DNA of 64,000 bases from Octopus sinensis (taxonomy: Eukaryota), in the NCBI RefSeq assembly GCF_006345805.1, contig NC_043010.1, forward strand, positions 44,330,001 through 44,394,000. Reading direction: 5' to 3'. Positions within the stretch are counted from its first letter, which is position 1. Each line of letters opens with the position of its first letter. Below the pieces are notes generated by a model, which made no database searches, was not told the origin of the DNA, and saw nothing but the letters and a program-made list of their open reading frames with translations. Shown piece after piece: positions 1-12,200 of this stretch. The translations under genes and the position numbers were made by a program.

Positions 1-1822
1 AAAATAATGACATACACAATGACAATAGTTTCTCTGTTGAAATGCATGCAAGATGACGAAGGGCTGTGGTGAGCAGCAAAAAGAGAAAAGTTGCAATAAG
101 TAATGAGGCTGAGGACTGCGGTAGGTAGTGATTGCTGGTGAGATGAAAGACTGCAGCATTGTAAAACCTGCTTAAGTCATGTCAGTATGGAAAGAAAAAT
201 CATAGGTTGGAATATCATTTGTTGGACTGTTATGTTGTTGTTACCCTGCTTTGTTATATATTTTATTGTTACTACACGGTTATAATGTAAACAAGTATTG
301 TCATAAATAGTGGCGATAATACAATAATTGGCGATGAGTAACTACATTACAAAATAGACAAAAGAAGTGATGTTAGATATCCCAAAGAAGTGATGTTAGA
401 TATATATTAAGAAAATCAGGAAGAAGGGCACTTGAATAAACCTCTACCTTCCTGTTTAGCTTCTTCCAACAGACTGGTCTTACAGATAGCATTGAAGTCT
501 TGGTATATTTTAGTACAAATACACTAAAAGCTTAAAGATTACTAAATCTGTTTATTTTAGAGTTTGTACTTGTCCATCAAGTGACTTGATCTGGGAGGCC
601 ATTAAATGAAACTGAAGTGAATACTTTGTGGAAGAGACATTTTAGCCATTTGATAACATAAACATTGTTGTATTCACTTTTCATTCATTTCTTAAGGGTC
701 CAAAATTTTTGTCACATCCCTGAGATCTTGTCACCAACAGAGTTCCACTCAACTATGAAGGTGACCAGATGGGTGTGGAGCTTCAAAAATTTTGACACCT
801 AAAGAAATAAATGGAAAGTGACTGAAAGAGTTTTTTGTATATTTAGATAACTAAAATGGTTCTTCCATTCCACCGCTAAAATTGTATGTTATTCCATCAA
901 TTCAAAAATTTATAAATCGGAAATTTTTTTATGATTTTTATCTTTTACTACTGCTTTCTATTTCTTCCTGCTTCCTTTCAATTTATTTGAAGAATCTTAG
1001 ACAAACTTCTTCTTTGGAATGTAACTAAAAATTTGATGAAAAAATTTTGCCTGAAAAAACTTTCAAATTTTTGGCAGATGCACTGTTGAGGAGGTTAAAA
1101 TAATTTAGCTTGAAAGGATGGATGCCATATTTCAAAGTGTTTAAACATTTTTATTTGGAATAACAATAAAATAAATATAAAAATGAAAAAGCTGGATGGA
1201 ATATTTCAAAAATAAAAATTAAATTTATCTTAATAACGAATTTTTAAAAACTAATATATAAGAAATATTGAAAAAAGAGAACTAGCTGCAGTTTAGCCCA
1301 GGCCAGACTTGATCAAGCAGATTAATGGTGAATGTTACTTCAGTTATAACAATCACACCTTTTTAGTATATCAGGGACTACATTGTTCAATATAGTCCCT
1401 TCTTTAAGATGGTAGGGTGTGATTTTTAAGGGAGATCTAGCTGCTATATTTAGCAGATGAAGTGACTATATAGAGGATCCTTCTTTGGACTGAAAATAAA
1501 GCAATGGCTAAGTAGTTAAAGTGAAAAAAATATCAGTTTTAATCACAAACTTTCATACTGGTTCAAATCCTATATCACTCAGTGCATTGTGATCTAAAAT
1601 GAACAGATATTACTTTGAGTTAATCTAAATGCAAAGCAAAAATTATAGGCCAACTTAACTGGCATCCCTGCTGATTGTGAAATTGTTCAAAATGTGCTAT
1701 CATTAGTGATATATGTAGAAGAGAAACTTTGAAATAAAATGAGAGGAGAAGCTACACATACTAATTTAAATAAGATTACTAATGAATTATCTAATATTTT
1801 GAGTCAGTAATATATATATATA

Positions 1823-2685
1823 CATGGTCTGATCAATAAGTATCCGGATTGTTGCCATAGAAATGAAGCTAAAGCATGCAGATTGAAGCCGCTTGGCACA
1901 GATTGACCTTGAACTCTGCTGTGCATGCGTACTAAGTTTTAACGTTTTAGCTCACTTCCGCTGTTTACAGCAGTACTTGGAAGGAATATGTGTAGTGTGT
2001 GATTGTTGCACTGACCACAACAGAGAAAGTTGAGCAGAGAATCTGTATCAAACTTTGCCAAAAGCTTGGCAATACCTGCTCAGAGGCCTACACAAAGTTG
2101 CAGAAAGTGTATGGAGAGGAGTGTATGAGCCACAAAAATGTCAATAGTGATGAACATTCTGGGAAACCCGCAACCAGCAGAACTGAGAAAAACATTGCAG
2201 ATGTGCATGCAGCTGTGAGGGGAAATCATCAAATCACCATCCATGAGTTATCAGAGAATGTGCAGATTAGTTATGGTTCAGTTCAATCCATTATCACTGA
2301 AGATTTGGGTATGAGATGCTTGTCTGCCAAGTTTGTGCCAAAACTGCTTTCAGCTAACAATGCACCTGCCCATTGTGCAGCAGTTTTGGCAAGGCACAGC
2401 ATTCCCCAGGTTTGAAAGCCTCTGTATTTTCCAGATCTTGCCCCTTGTAACTTTTTCCCTCTTTCCAAAAGTCAAATTCCACTTGAAAGGAAGAAGATTT
2501 CAGGCTATTGAGAAAATCAAAGTGAATGCGACGAGGCAGCTATCCCAGAAAACGAGTTTCAGGAATGCCTCCATCAATGGAAACAGCACTGGATTAAGTG
2601 TGTGGCTTCTGAATGGGACTACTTTGAAAGAGATTACATATCAAGTTGGTACATGTTGTAGTTTTGTTTTTATAGCACCAGTCTT
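1823..2685 (+). mobile_element. Mariner (Tc1/mariner) DNA transposon relic with an internally deleted, frameshifted transposase
   Basis: TA followed by the TIR-like end catggtctgatcaataagtatccgga. ORF 1999-2415 reads EQRICIKLCQKLG...SGKPATS...AKFVPKLL (HTH plus WVPHEL-equivalent). Frame 2333-2698 continues with LFPKVKFHLKGRRF after a YSPDL-like region. Much of the catalytic domain is missing and the right TIR is cut by the insertion at ~2690. Confidence 0.9.
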
Positions 2686-2689
2686 ATCA

Positions 2690-2823
2690 TCATCATGATC
2701 ATCGTTTAACGTCCGCTTTCCATGCTAGCATGGGTTGGACGATTTTGACTGAGGGCTGGCGAACCAGCCTCCAATCTTGATCTGGCAGAGTTTTTACAGC
2801 TGGATGCCCTTCCTAATGCCAAC

Positions 2824-2826
<3 letters not shown>
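2690..2826 (-). mobile_element. 5'-truncated 3' end of an RTE-type LINE, (GAT)n tail
   Basis: catcat tail followed by cgtttaacgtccgctttccatgctagcatgggttggac. The same sequence is joined to RTE ORF2 at 62774-63562 and 48475-49232. Confidence 0.8.
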
Positions 2827-2866
<40 letters not shown>

Positions 2867-2869
<3 letters not shown>

Positions 2870-3200
2870 GGCGCATGGCTCAGTGGTTAGAGCGTCGAGC
2901 TTACGATCGTGAGGTTGTGAGCTCGAATCCCGGTCCGGGCTGCGTGTTGTGTTCTTGAGCAAAGCACTTTATTTCACGTTGCTCCAGTTCACTCAGCTGT
3001 AGAAATGAGTTGCGACGTCACTGGTGCCAAGCTGTATCGACCTTTGCCTTTCCCTTGGATAACACTGGTGGCGTGGAGAGGGGAGGCTGGTATGCATGGG
3101 CGACTGCTGGTCTTCCATAAACAACCTTGCCCAGACTTGTGTCTAGGAGGGTAACTTTCTAGGTGCAATCCCATGGTCATTCATGACCGAAGGGGGTCTT
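2867..3200 (+). mobile_element. tRNA-derived SINE with CORE-like central domain, inserted in (TA)n
   Basis: A box TGGCTCAGTGG and B box GCTCGAATCC, then gtgttcttgagcaaagcacttt (CORE-like). (TA)n lies on both flanks. Confidence 0.85.
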
Positions 3201-3241
3201 TATATATATATATACATACATTACATGAAGAAGTGTCTTAC

Positions 3242-3347
3242 CTGCTGAATCAAGCATCCCAGCTGCTACAGCTCCAACAGGAGATGGTGTTGAATGAGGT
3301 TCTAGTTTCATATATACCAACTGTGGGGCCTGGTCAGAATCCTTGAA
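3242..3347 (-). CDS. Exon of unidentified gene A: FKDSDQAPQLVYMKLEPHSTPSPVGAVAAGMLDSA(G)
   Basis: Acceptor cctttttgtatttccag and donor CAG|gtaaga. 106 nt, phase 0 to 1, only one frame open, no repeat similarity. The 5' part could be UTR with a start at MKLEP. Confidence 0.75.
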
Positions 3348-3804
3348 CTGGAAATACAAAAAGGAAGTTAATATAGTTAGGAGACTGATAATTGCAAAAG
3401 CAAGGTAACAATAATAACAGCATGGAAAATATCAATAAATTAGTGGTAAATATCCCCATCTGCTACACAGGAGACTAGGTTTGATTTCCTACAAGCTATA
3501 AGCTGGTGTGAAAGCTTCCACATAATTGCTTGACCTGCTACAAAGAACAGCTAAATCTCCATCAAACTACACCTTCACTTTAAAAGAATGCAATGGATTA
3601 AACGGTCCTGGTTCTAGCTATACTGTCTGAAAAAGATGATATATTTGCATCTGGAACATCTTTGGCTGTGATTTTGTAGATCAGAGTCAATTTGAAGCTA
3701 AACAACAGCAACAACTTACAGATTCAATTATCACATACATTATTCTCCTTGCTGTTATCAACACCTGCATCTACTTTTTTTATGAGAAGTAACATTTTCC
3801 TTAA

Positions 3805-4024
3805 CCCTTTCGATACCAACCCGGCTGAAACCGACTCGGGCTCTGAGTACAAATGTCTTGATGGCATAAGTTTTGAATTAAAATTTTCCACCAAACCTTA
3901 ATCACAATTTATGTCCCTAACACTAGCTGAATGATAACTAAGTTATTTTACTAAATTCTTTGTTATATTTAAAGTAATTGAAAGAAACACGGAGCATCTC
4001 AAAATAAATACAGTAATGAAAGGG
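3805..4024. mobile_element. piggyBac-type MITE, family 1
   Basis: TTAA|ccctttcgatac ... gtaatgaaaggg|TTAA. Related copies at 38246-38456, 29819-30356, ~21090-21312 and ~16815-16990. Confidence 0.85.
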
Positions 4025-4049
4025 TTAAGCAATCTCAAATATTGCTAGA

Positions 4050-4640
4050 CAAGGGAACAATATATACAGTTGTCAGACATGAGGGTGGAAACTTCTTTTC
4101 TTGGTGGAATAGTGATGGCTGATGTTTAAGTGCTACAGTATACTTAGTAAACTCTCAATTGACAAATTCAGTTCTCATTCATAGCTACTTCACTCTAATA
4201 ATTAAGTTTGGTCTAGTCATTAGCAACATAGCAGCAATGGCAATCTGTGCCAATGTAATAGTCAGGGTTGACAGATGAACTCAAGGACTTGGTTTCTAAG
4301 AGATCCTTTAGCAGACTAGGTCAATATCAGATAACACTGACCTTATTATCATAGCTGATGACCTTAATGAATATGTAATACCCTGCTACCTGCTATGTAC
4401 ATTAGCTTTACACATCCAGCTCCATGGATGTGTAATTGATCAAAAGTCAGTGTACAGATGAATTGAGAGAAAATATGTATATCGGGAGAATCGGCTATAG
4501 CATGAAAGAGTAAACTTTGTTGATATGGACATGTGAACTATATGAATGATAACAGTTAGACAAAGAGGTGCCAAAGCAATCCAAGTGAAGGGAGGCTGTG
4601 GAAGTAGCTTGGAGAAGGAGCATATTTGATCTCCTGGAAG
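4050..4640 (+). mobile_element. RTE LINE relic: APE endonuclease fragment joined directly to the ORF2 C-terminus
   Basis: Degenerate AP-Q-GLTDELKD...LIIIADDLNEYV (AYAPQ / GDLNGHV motifs) at ~4245-4380. Then STDELRE...YGHV...KRCQAIQVKGGCG at ~4450-4610. Confidence 0.7.
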
Positions 4641-6600
4641 CTGGATGAACCTCACAAACATGATGATGGCCTACAACTTGTGGTGAGGCATTGTGCTAGA
4701 GAAGATCCAACAAACACATGTTCACTTGAAAAAACTAATGATGATAATGATGACTATGTTCTAGACATGAAAGGCATCATCAACATAACTTTCATTACTA
4801 TAGGGTTTCTCACCCATAGGTAAGATATCTCTAAGAAATGATCAAGGAATGAGAGAGAGAGATGACTTATCAGGGCTGTCAACATTTTGGCTCCATTACA
4901 TCAAATGTAAAGATCTTAAAGATTTAATTAATTCATGCAAATAGCTCATGCTGTATATCATATACTCCATACATAATACATACAAGGGGGTCTTGAAAAG
5001 TTCCTGGCTTTAAGGTTATGGCAAAAGGATAGAACTGTTACCTATACAGGGGAGGTAGGACAACTGCTTAGAAGACGATATGCAAAAAAAACAAAAAAAA
5101 AATCAACTGGAATGGTTGCTCTGTTTTGAAAATACTAGTCTGTGTTGTAATGGGAGTGATTTCCTCAGACCTGAATGACAGACTGGTGACCTGAGATGAC
5201 CCTTGATGTAACAGAAGCCAGAGTTCTAAAAGGCAATGGTAGAGTCTGATGCACAAAGTTTAATGATGTAGCCACACATCAACAAGCAAGTAAGCTTTTT
5301 TTTTATAGAATGATGAAATTAATGTATCACCAGAACAGAGTGAAGTGACTCAATGAAGAAATGCACAAATATAACACCTACAACAAAGACATGAATAAGC
5401 AATAACTGCTATTATTTGATCTTAGAACCCTTTGGATCCTAGTTGTATTCTCTGGTTATCTTCTAATACTATATTTTTGTATGTAACATTTTCTTCAAAT
5501 AGAATTCAATTCAGAAATAGTTATAGCATCTCACACAATTTCAATGTTCTTATCCACTGTTGTACACTGTCGGGAAATTATACTGCCCAAAGAGATGATC
5601 AAAGAGAGTATATTGATTGAAACCTGGTACAAGTAAAACCATTAAAACTATAATAATCTTCCTTTTCTTGGTACTGCATTAATAACTTCTATAAAAGCTG
5701 AAGAGTATAGTAATGCAAGGTCTTGTTTGACAAAACCAAGGTTATTCAGTCCTTATTCCATTTCTAAGGAATATAAGAACATCAAATCTCACATTTCTCT
5801 TTAAAATACATTGTCTGCCTATCTGAAGATAGATGTGCCACCAAACTTTTAGAGATAATGAAAAAATACAAGAATGGCATTGCTTGGAATCTCAAACAAA
5901 TGCTAATAACAAAACACTGAAAATAGAGCTGAAAAATTATTATAACAACAAATAGAAAAAAAGAATCTTTAGTTTTCAAACAAATAACATATACCCCTAA
6001 ATGTGCATGTATACAAACCCATACATATACATATGTAAACATGAAATATACACACAAGTGCAGAAACACATCCACATTAATGCGCATAATTTATTTCAGT
6101 AACAGCTGTTGGTGTTGAAATTTGTTGGAGCCAATAAAACAACAAATATTTTTTGTATTTTGTATAACCAATGTCAAAATATAGCCAAAACTAATAAGCA
6201 GCAGGTAGAAGTAAATACAACACACATACACAGTGGTGTACGTTGTTGCTGATGAAGCTACATAAATGCAATATTATACACTAAAGATTGCTACAGTTGA
6301 TCAAACTTGTTTTCATTAATGGAGAAAGATGAGGGAGCACCATGCTAGAAATAACAGCCAAATCGCTCTACCATCTTTAAAAGGGGACACAGTGTAGTGT
6401 TAGATACATTATACCTGAATAAAGACGTGATAGTCACAGTTTCAATGTTAATCATAGGTTTGCTTGACCAGGACTAAACAACAGAAACAACTATTTTCTT
6501 TATCTTTGCCAATATTTTTCTTAAAATTCTGAGTTACACTAGCTGATTTGATTTGAAGATCATGTTCTAAAACTAAAATTGTGATAGAGTTGTTTAAACC

Positions 6601-6833
6601 TATTTCTTTATTACCCACAAGGGGCTAAACATAGAGGAGACAAACATGGACAGACATAGGTATTAAGTCGATTATATCGACCCCAGTGCTTAACTGGTAC
6701 TTAATTTATCGACCCCGAAAGGATGAAAGGCAAAGTCGACCTTGGCGGAATTTGAACTCACAACGTAACGGCAGCTGAAATACCGCTAAGCATTTCGCCC
6801 GACGTGCTAACGATTCTGCTAGATTGCCGCCTT
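6601..6833 (-). mobile_element. tRNA-derived SINE (ggcggcgagctggcagaa family) with 13-bp TSD
   Basis: Near-consensus copy. Direct repeat agttgtttaaacc at 6588-6600 and 6835-6847. Confidence 0.9.
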
Positions 6834-8545
6834 AAGTTGTTTAAACCATTTAAAACACACACTGTTGTATTCACTTTTGTTTTGTTATTAATTAATAACA
6901 TTGATACTATATAATTTGAATTAGAAATTGAGGAATTATAAAGAAATAAAATTCACTTATCTAATTTCTTTTTCATTCATTTACTTATTACAAAGTTCTT
7001 AAAATTTCTAATTGGTGATTTATATGAGAGCATTCTACCTTTATTCTAATTTTTCAACCTCTTGATTAATATTGAGTCAAATATACATCCTCTGTCAGTG
7101 GCATTTGCACTTAACAACTTCAGTGAAAGCAATATTATCCATGATCTATCAGCAAAACTGTGTCTAGTAGAACTTTCTAGCACAGAAACCCCCCTGTGAG
7201 TTCCATCTGTCTCTCATCTCTTGAGTTGACAGTTTGCTTTTAGATCATTCTATTGCAAAGCAACATGTGTTGGCAGTGCTCTCTTTAACCTACATTCTAT
7301 CAATTGCTGTATGTGTCTCAAAGCTTAGTTATGTTTCCCACATTCTTCATTTGTTTTTGGAAGCACTCCTAGCCATATTTACTAATGTGTAAAAGACACT
7401 GTTCTGTATTCTTCAATGACTTTTCTCACACTAGTAACAGCAACATCATCTTTTAACATCCTCTTTTCCATGCTTGCATGGGTCAGACCGAGTTGATTGA
7501 GGTAAATTTTCTATTGCCAGATGCCCTTCCTGACACCAATCCTAATCTGAGTCCCAAGCAAGGTTAAAATTTTCCCATTGCTAGACATGTTTTCTTAGAA
7601 TATTGGAAATAAGCAACACTGCTTGTATGACCGTGGTACTATCATGGGATGTTAAGACAAGGAGACAGACATAAGTATACTCACACTCATATATATATAT
7701 GTATACATTTCGATACATATCATACAATATCAAGACAAGGAGACACATACACTTACACACACAATGGGCTTCTTTCAGTTTCCAACTATCAAATCCACTC
7801 ACAAAGTGTTGATTAGCTCAGGTTACAGTAGAAGACACTTGCCTAAGGCGCCACACAGTGGGACTAAACCTGAAATCATGTGACTGGCAGGTAAACTTCT
7901 TACCACTCAGCCAGGCCTGCACCTATGCAACAAGTGAATTCAAAATATACTGCATCTCTTGAAAACATCCTCCAATGGAGATATGCTACCTTAATCTCTT
8001 AACAGAAATAGAATGGTTAACAGCATTAAGACATAATTCAAGAAATTAAGAATTAATCTCTAACAGCTAAATTACATGCTTAGACAAATATCAAATCTTT
8101 GTTTGCAGGCAAGTGACAGCTTTGGACATGTTTTAGTCTGTAAGGCTTCATTGATAAAGTACCGTCTATTCAAGTTGGGCTGATCATGTGACAATGATTT
8201 TTTTTACATGGATAAAGAGCTATGAATAACTTGGGACCTGTATAATTTGCATAATCTATTTAAAAATAAGATAATGAATTAAGTACTGGGGGTTTAAGTG
8301 ATTGATTAAAATGTCTCACGGCTGTTGCCTGCATGATAGCAGTCCAATAACTGAAACCATTACAACAAAAACAAAACAAAACCTAAACATTATATCATGA
8401 TATGCAAACACACAAAGGGTATATATATACCTCCTGTCTGTCTGTTTGTATGTATGCATAATAAATATATATATATATGCATATAGACATACGTATATGT
8501 ACATACTAATATCTATACGTATATATATATATATACATACACTTA

Positions 8546-8823
8546 TGTGGGCACAGGACATCACAAAACATGTACAACAAAAGAATACGAAGACAAGTAC
8601 ATGGAACATGAACTATTCTTTTGAACAACGAAAGACACAAATGGAAAACAAAACAAAGAACGACCCTTCATCAGTTGCTGGCTGTTTTTCTAGTCTTGTA
8701 TTTCGAGCATTTAACAACAATATACGCTTTTGATAAAACAAGTTGCTCCCGCAAAGCAAATTGGTGACACAAACAGGACAGTGAAAATGTGTTGGACACG
8801 TTTTGTGACATCCTGTGCCCACA
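8546..8823. mobile_element. MITE with ~28-bp TIRs and TA TSD, inside a (TA)n tract
   Basis: tgtgggcacaggacatcacaaaacatgt at 8546-8573 versus acacgttttgtgacatcctgtgcccaca at 8796-8823. TA on both sides. Confidence 0.85.
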
Positions 8824-8905
8824 TATATATATATATATATATGTATGTATAGATGTAAGTATGTACATATATGTATGTATATATGCAAGTAAGTTTTATA
8901 TGCAA

Positions 8906-8935
<30 letters not shown>

Positions 8936-8936
<1 letters not shown>

Positions 8937-9292
8937 TCTTTTATTTGTTTTAGTCATTTGACTGTGGCCATGCTGGAGCACTGCCTTTAGTCAAACAAAT
9001 CAACCCCAGGATTTATTCTTTATAAGCCTAATACTAATTCTATTGGTCTCTTTTGCCGAACCACTAAGTTATGGGGATGTAAACACACCAACATTGCTTG
9101 TGAAGTGATAGTGGTGACAGAGACACAAACATATACATATATATGACGGGCTTCTTTTAGTTTCCGTCTACCAAATCCGCTCACAAGGCTTTAGTAGAAG
9201 ACACTTGCCCAAGCTGCCACACAGTGAGACTGAACCTAGAACCATGTGGTTGGTAAGCAAGCTACTTACCACATAGCCACTCCTGCACCTAT
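8936..9292 (-). mobile_element. tRNA-derived SINE (ataggcgcaggagtggctgtgtgg family)
   Basis: tRNA-like head, ggcaagtgtcttctacta core and aacaagtaaaaga-type tail. Many copies in the window, e.g. ~7750, 10475, 21810, 29240, 32200, 38700-39250, 40910, 49670, 58633, 62290. Confidence 0.85.
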
Positions 9293-12200
9293 ATATATAT
9301 AGTTAAAATTTATAGAAAACAGAAGATGAAGACAAATGAAAGAACAAGAAGCAGATGTATTAGTTTAATGCTCGGGAATAATGGAAAAATCTTTGACATT
9401 TTCAGAGGAAAAAAAAAATGGAGAGAGAAACAATTGTGTAGGGATTAGTGGTTCAATATGATGAAATGGCTCTCTCTCTCATGTATAATATATATGTGTG
9501 TGTGTATATGTGTGTGTGTATATATGTATATATATATATAGATGGAGAGAGAGAGAGAGAGAAGGAAAGTGTGTGATGTGTATGTGTGCTTTTTGCTGGG
9601 AAGTGCACTTTGTCTACGGTGTATGTTAGTTTTATGTTTTCAAGTAGTAACCTTGTAGAGTCCTCAATGGATATACAACCTGTATACACACACACATTAT
9701 TGTATTCTCATCCAAGTTTAAGAACACCAGAGTTACTGGATATAAGCAAATTTCAGCTGTTCATCTTGAAATATAGGGAGAATTAGCAATAACATTTCAA
9801 AAAAAAAAAAACCCCTGCTCAACAAGCGTTGGCAACAAAAGCAAGTCCTGAGCAATAAGATGTGTGTGTGTATTCTGTTTATAAAAGAGGAAAAAAAAAA
9901 CAAACCAGAAAAACAATAATCCCAGATATACCAAAATCACACAGAAAGCAGATTCACTAATTAAAAAACTAATCAATAACCAAATAACTGCTTCAAGCAG
10001 ATGGATATGATAATGAAGAAGATAATTTTCTTATAACTAGGTAAAGTGCTAAATGTTGTTGATGAGGATATAATTAGCTAAGATCCCAGTATTTTACTGG
10101 TACATTTTTTAATCCTGTAATGATGAAAGAGAAAGTCAACAGCAGGAATTTAACTTAGAACTGAGAGGACTAAAACTAAATACTTCAGTACATTTTAGTG
10201 TTTGGTGTCAGATTCAAAGTCTTGATTATTACCAGGTAGTATACCAATGATTATCAGTTCATCTCTTAGTTCTGTCAAACTTAATTTAATAATTGCCTGT
10301 AAATTGCCTGTCCTTGTGAGATTCTATCAAACTTTACTGTGAATATATTAATTATCCAACAATGATATTAGAGATAGTGTGATGAGTTTGTTACAGGAGC
10401 TTGCATGTAACAAATGATGGGATATAAGATTGTAAGGAACTTTTTATCAAAGGAAATATATAATGAGTACAGATAGGTGCAGGTGTGGTAAGAAGCTTGC
10501 TTCCCCACCATATGATTCGAGGTTTAGCCCTGCTGCATGACACCTTGGGCAAGTGTCTTCTTCTATAGCCTCAGGCTGGCCAAAGCCTTGTGAGTGGATT
10601 TGGTAGATGGAAACTGAAAGAAGTTCGTTGTGTGTGTGTGTGTGTCTGTGTTTGTCCCCCATAACTTAGTAGTTCAGCAAAGAGGCCGATAGGATAAATA
10701 CCAGGCTTACAAAGAATAAGTCCAAGGAGTGATTTCTTGGACTAAAAGGTGGTGCTCCAACATTGCCACAGTCAAAATGACTGAAACAAGTTAAAGAGAT
10801 GGACATATGAAACACAGATTACAATAATTTCTTTCCGTTTACAATTGACAAAGTCTATTAAATATGGCTTATAGCTATCCTGCTTCTTAATTTGGACCTA
10901 TGAGAAAATTGCAAAGATGCTAGGTGATATTTGAACTCAAAACAGTGACAAAACTAAGTCATTATCATTATCCTCAAGGTGGCAAGCTGGCAGAATCATT
11001 AACATGCCAGGTAAAATGCTTAGTGGCATTTCATCCATCTTTATGTTCTGAGTTCAAATTCCACCAAGGTCGAGTTTGCCTTTCATCCTTGAAGGATCAA
11101 TAAAATAAGTACAAGTTGAGGAATGGAGTCAATGTAATTGAATTATCCTCTCCCCGAACTTGCTGCCCTTGTGCCAAAATTTGAAATCATTATCATCACC
11201 AATCTCATCATTAAACATTCGTTTTCCAATATGGAATATGGATTAGATGGTTCAGCAGGAGCTGGCAATCCAGAAGATTGCACCAAGCTCCTATGTTTGC
11301 CCTGACATGATAGCAACAGCTGAATGTCCTTCCTAATGCCAACCACTTTACAGAGTGAACTGGGTGCTTTTCATATGGCACCGGTACCAATATGGTCACC
11401 AAGTAACTTCTAAGATAAGACCAACTCAATAGGTGTAGTACCGAGACAAGTACAGGTGTCTTACTTTGCTATAGAGGAGATACAAAAGAGAGAGATGATG
11501 GTGAAAATGTGTCAGGGCATACCCATATAAGTTATGTCCATTTAATGACAAAAATGGGTAACAAAAACAGACCCTAAAATAAAAATTTTAGGGTCTGTTT
11601 CATAAAACATATAACTATGTGGTTATCCTTGCATAGCGGCATGTCCCCTACATCCCTCTTTAGCTGAGTGATCCTAACCTTGCGGGCACTGGTGCCATGT
11701 AAAATCACCCAGTACACTCTGTAAAGTTGTTGGTGTTAGGAAGGGAATTCAGACATAGAAATAATGCCAAAACAGATAAGGAGCCCAGGTAGATCTTCAG
11801 CTGGCCAGCTTCTGTCATACTGTTCAACCCATGCTAGTATGGAAAACAAACGTTAAATAATGATGACGATGATATTAAAATTGACTGGAGCTCAGGAGGA
11901 GAAATTTCTGAGGATATGTAAAATAAACCCCAGGATTTATTCCCATAACAGATCAAATAAATTAACTACATAGTAAGGTTCACCTTATTTCTTTATTTTG
12001 GGAATTGGAAAAGTAGAGTGGTTTAAGAGGAAATTTTTGTTGCTAAATCAGGTTTTGGCATCTAGTTGTCACTAAAGCCCTTGAAGAAAAATGAACATTT
12101 CCACTTCCCGCTTTTGACAGTTTTGGAATAAGCACTCTACTGTTACTTATTTACAGTGGTGATAATTAGGCAAAAGTTATCAAATTTCAATTCTTTTCTT

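Noticed and set aside
8650-8715. Minus-strand GAAA...CTGATGA inside the MITE, resembling a type II hammerhead
   Set aside because: The 26 nt between the boxes form neither helix III with an NUH site nor helix I.
8316-8981. Several 64-122 aa ORFs rich in Y/I/C/V
   Set aside because: Translations of (TA)n/(TG)n microsatellites and a MITE. The same applies to most short ORF-track entries.
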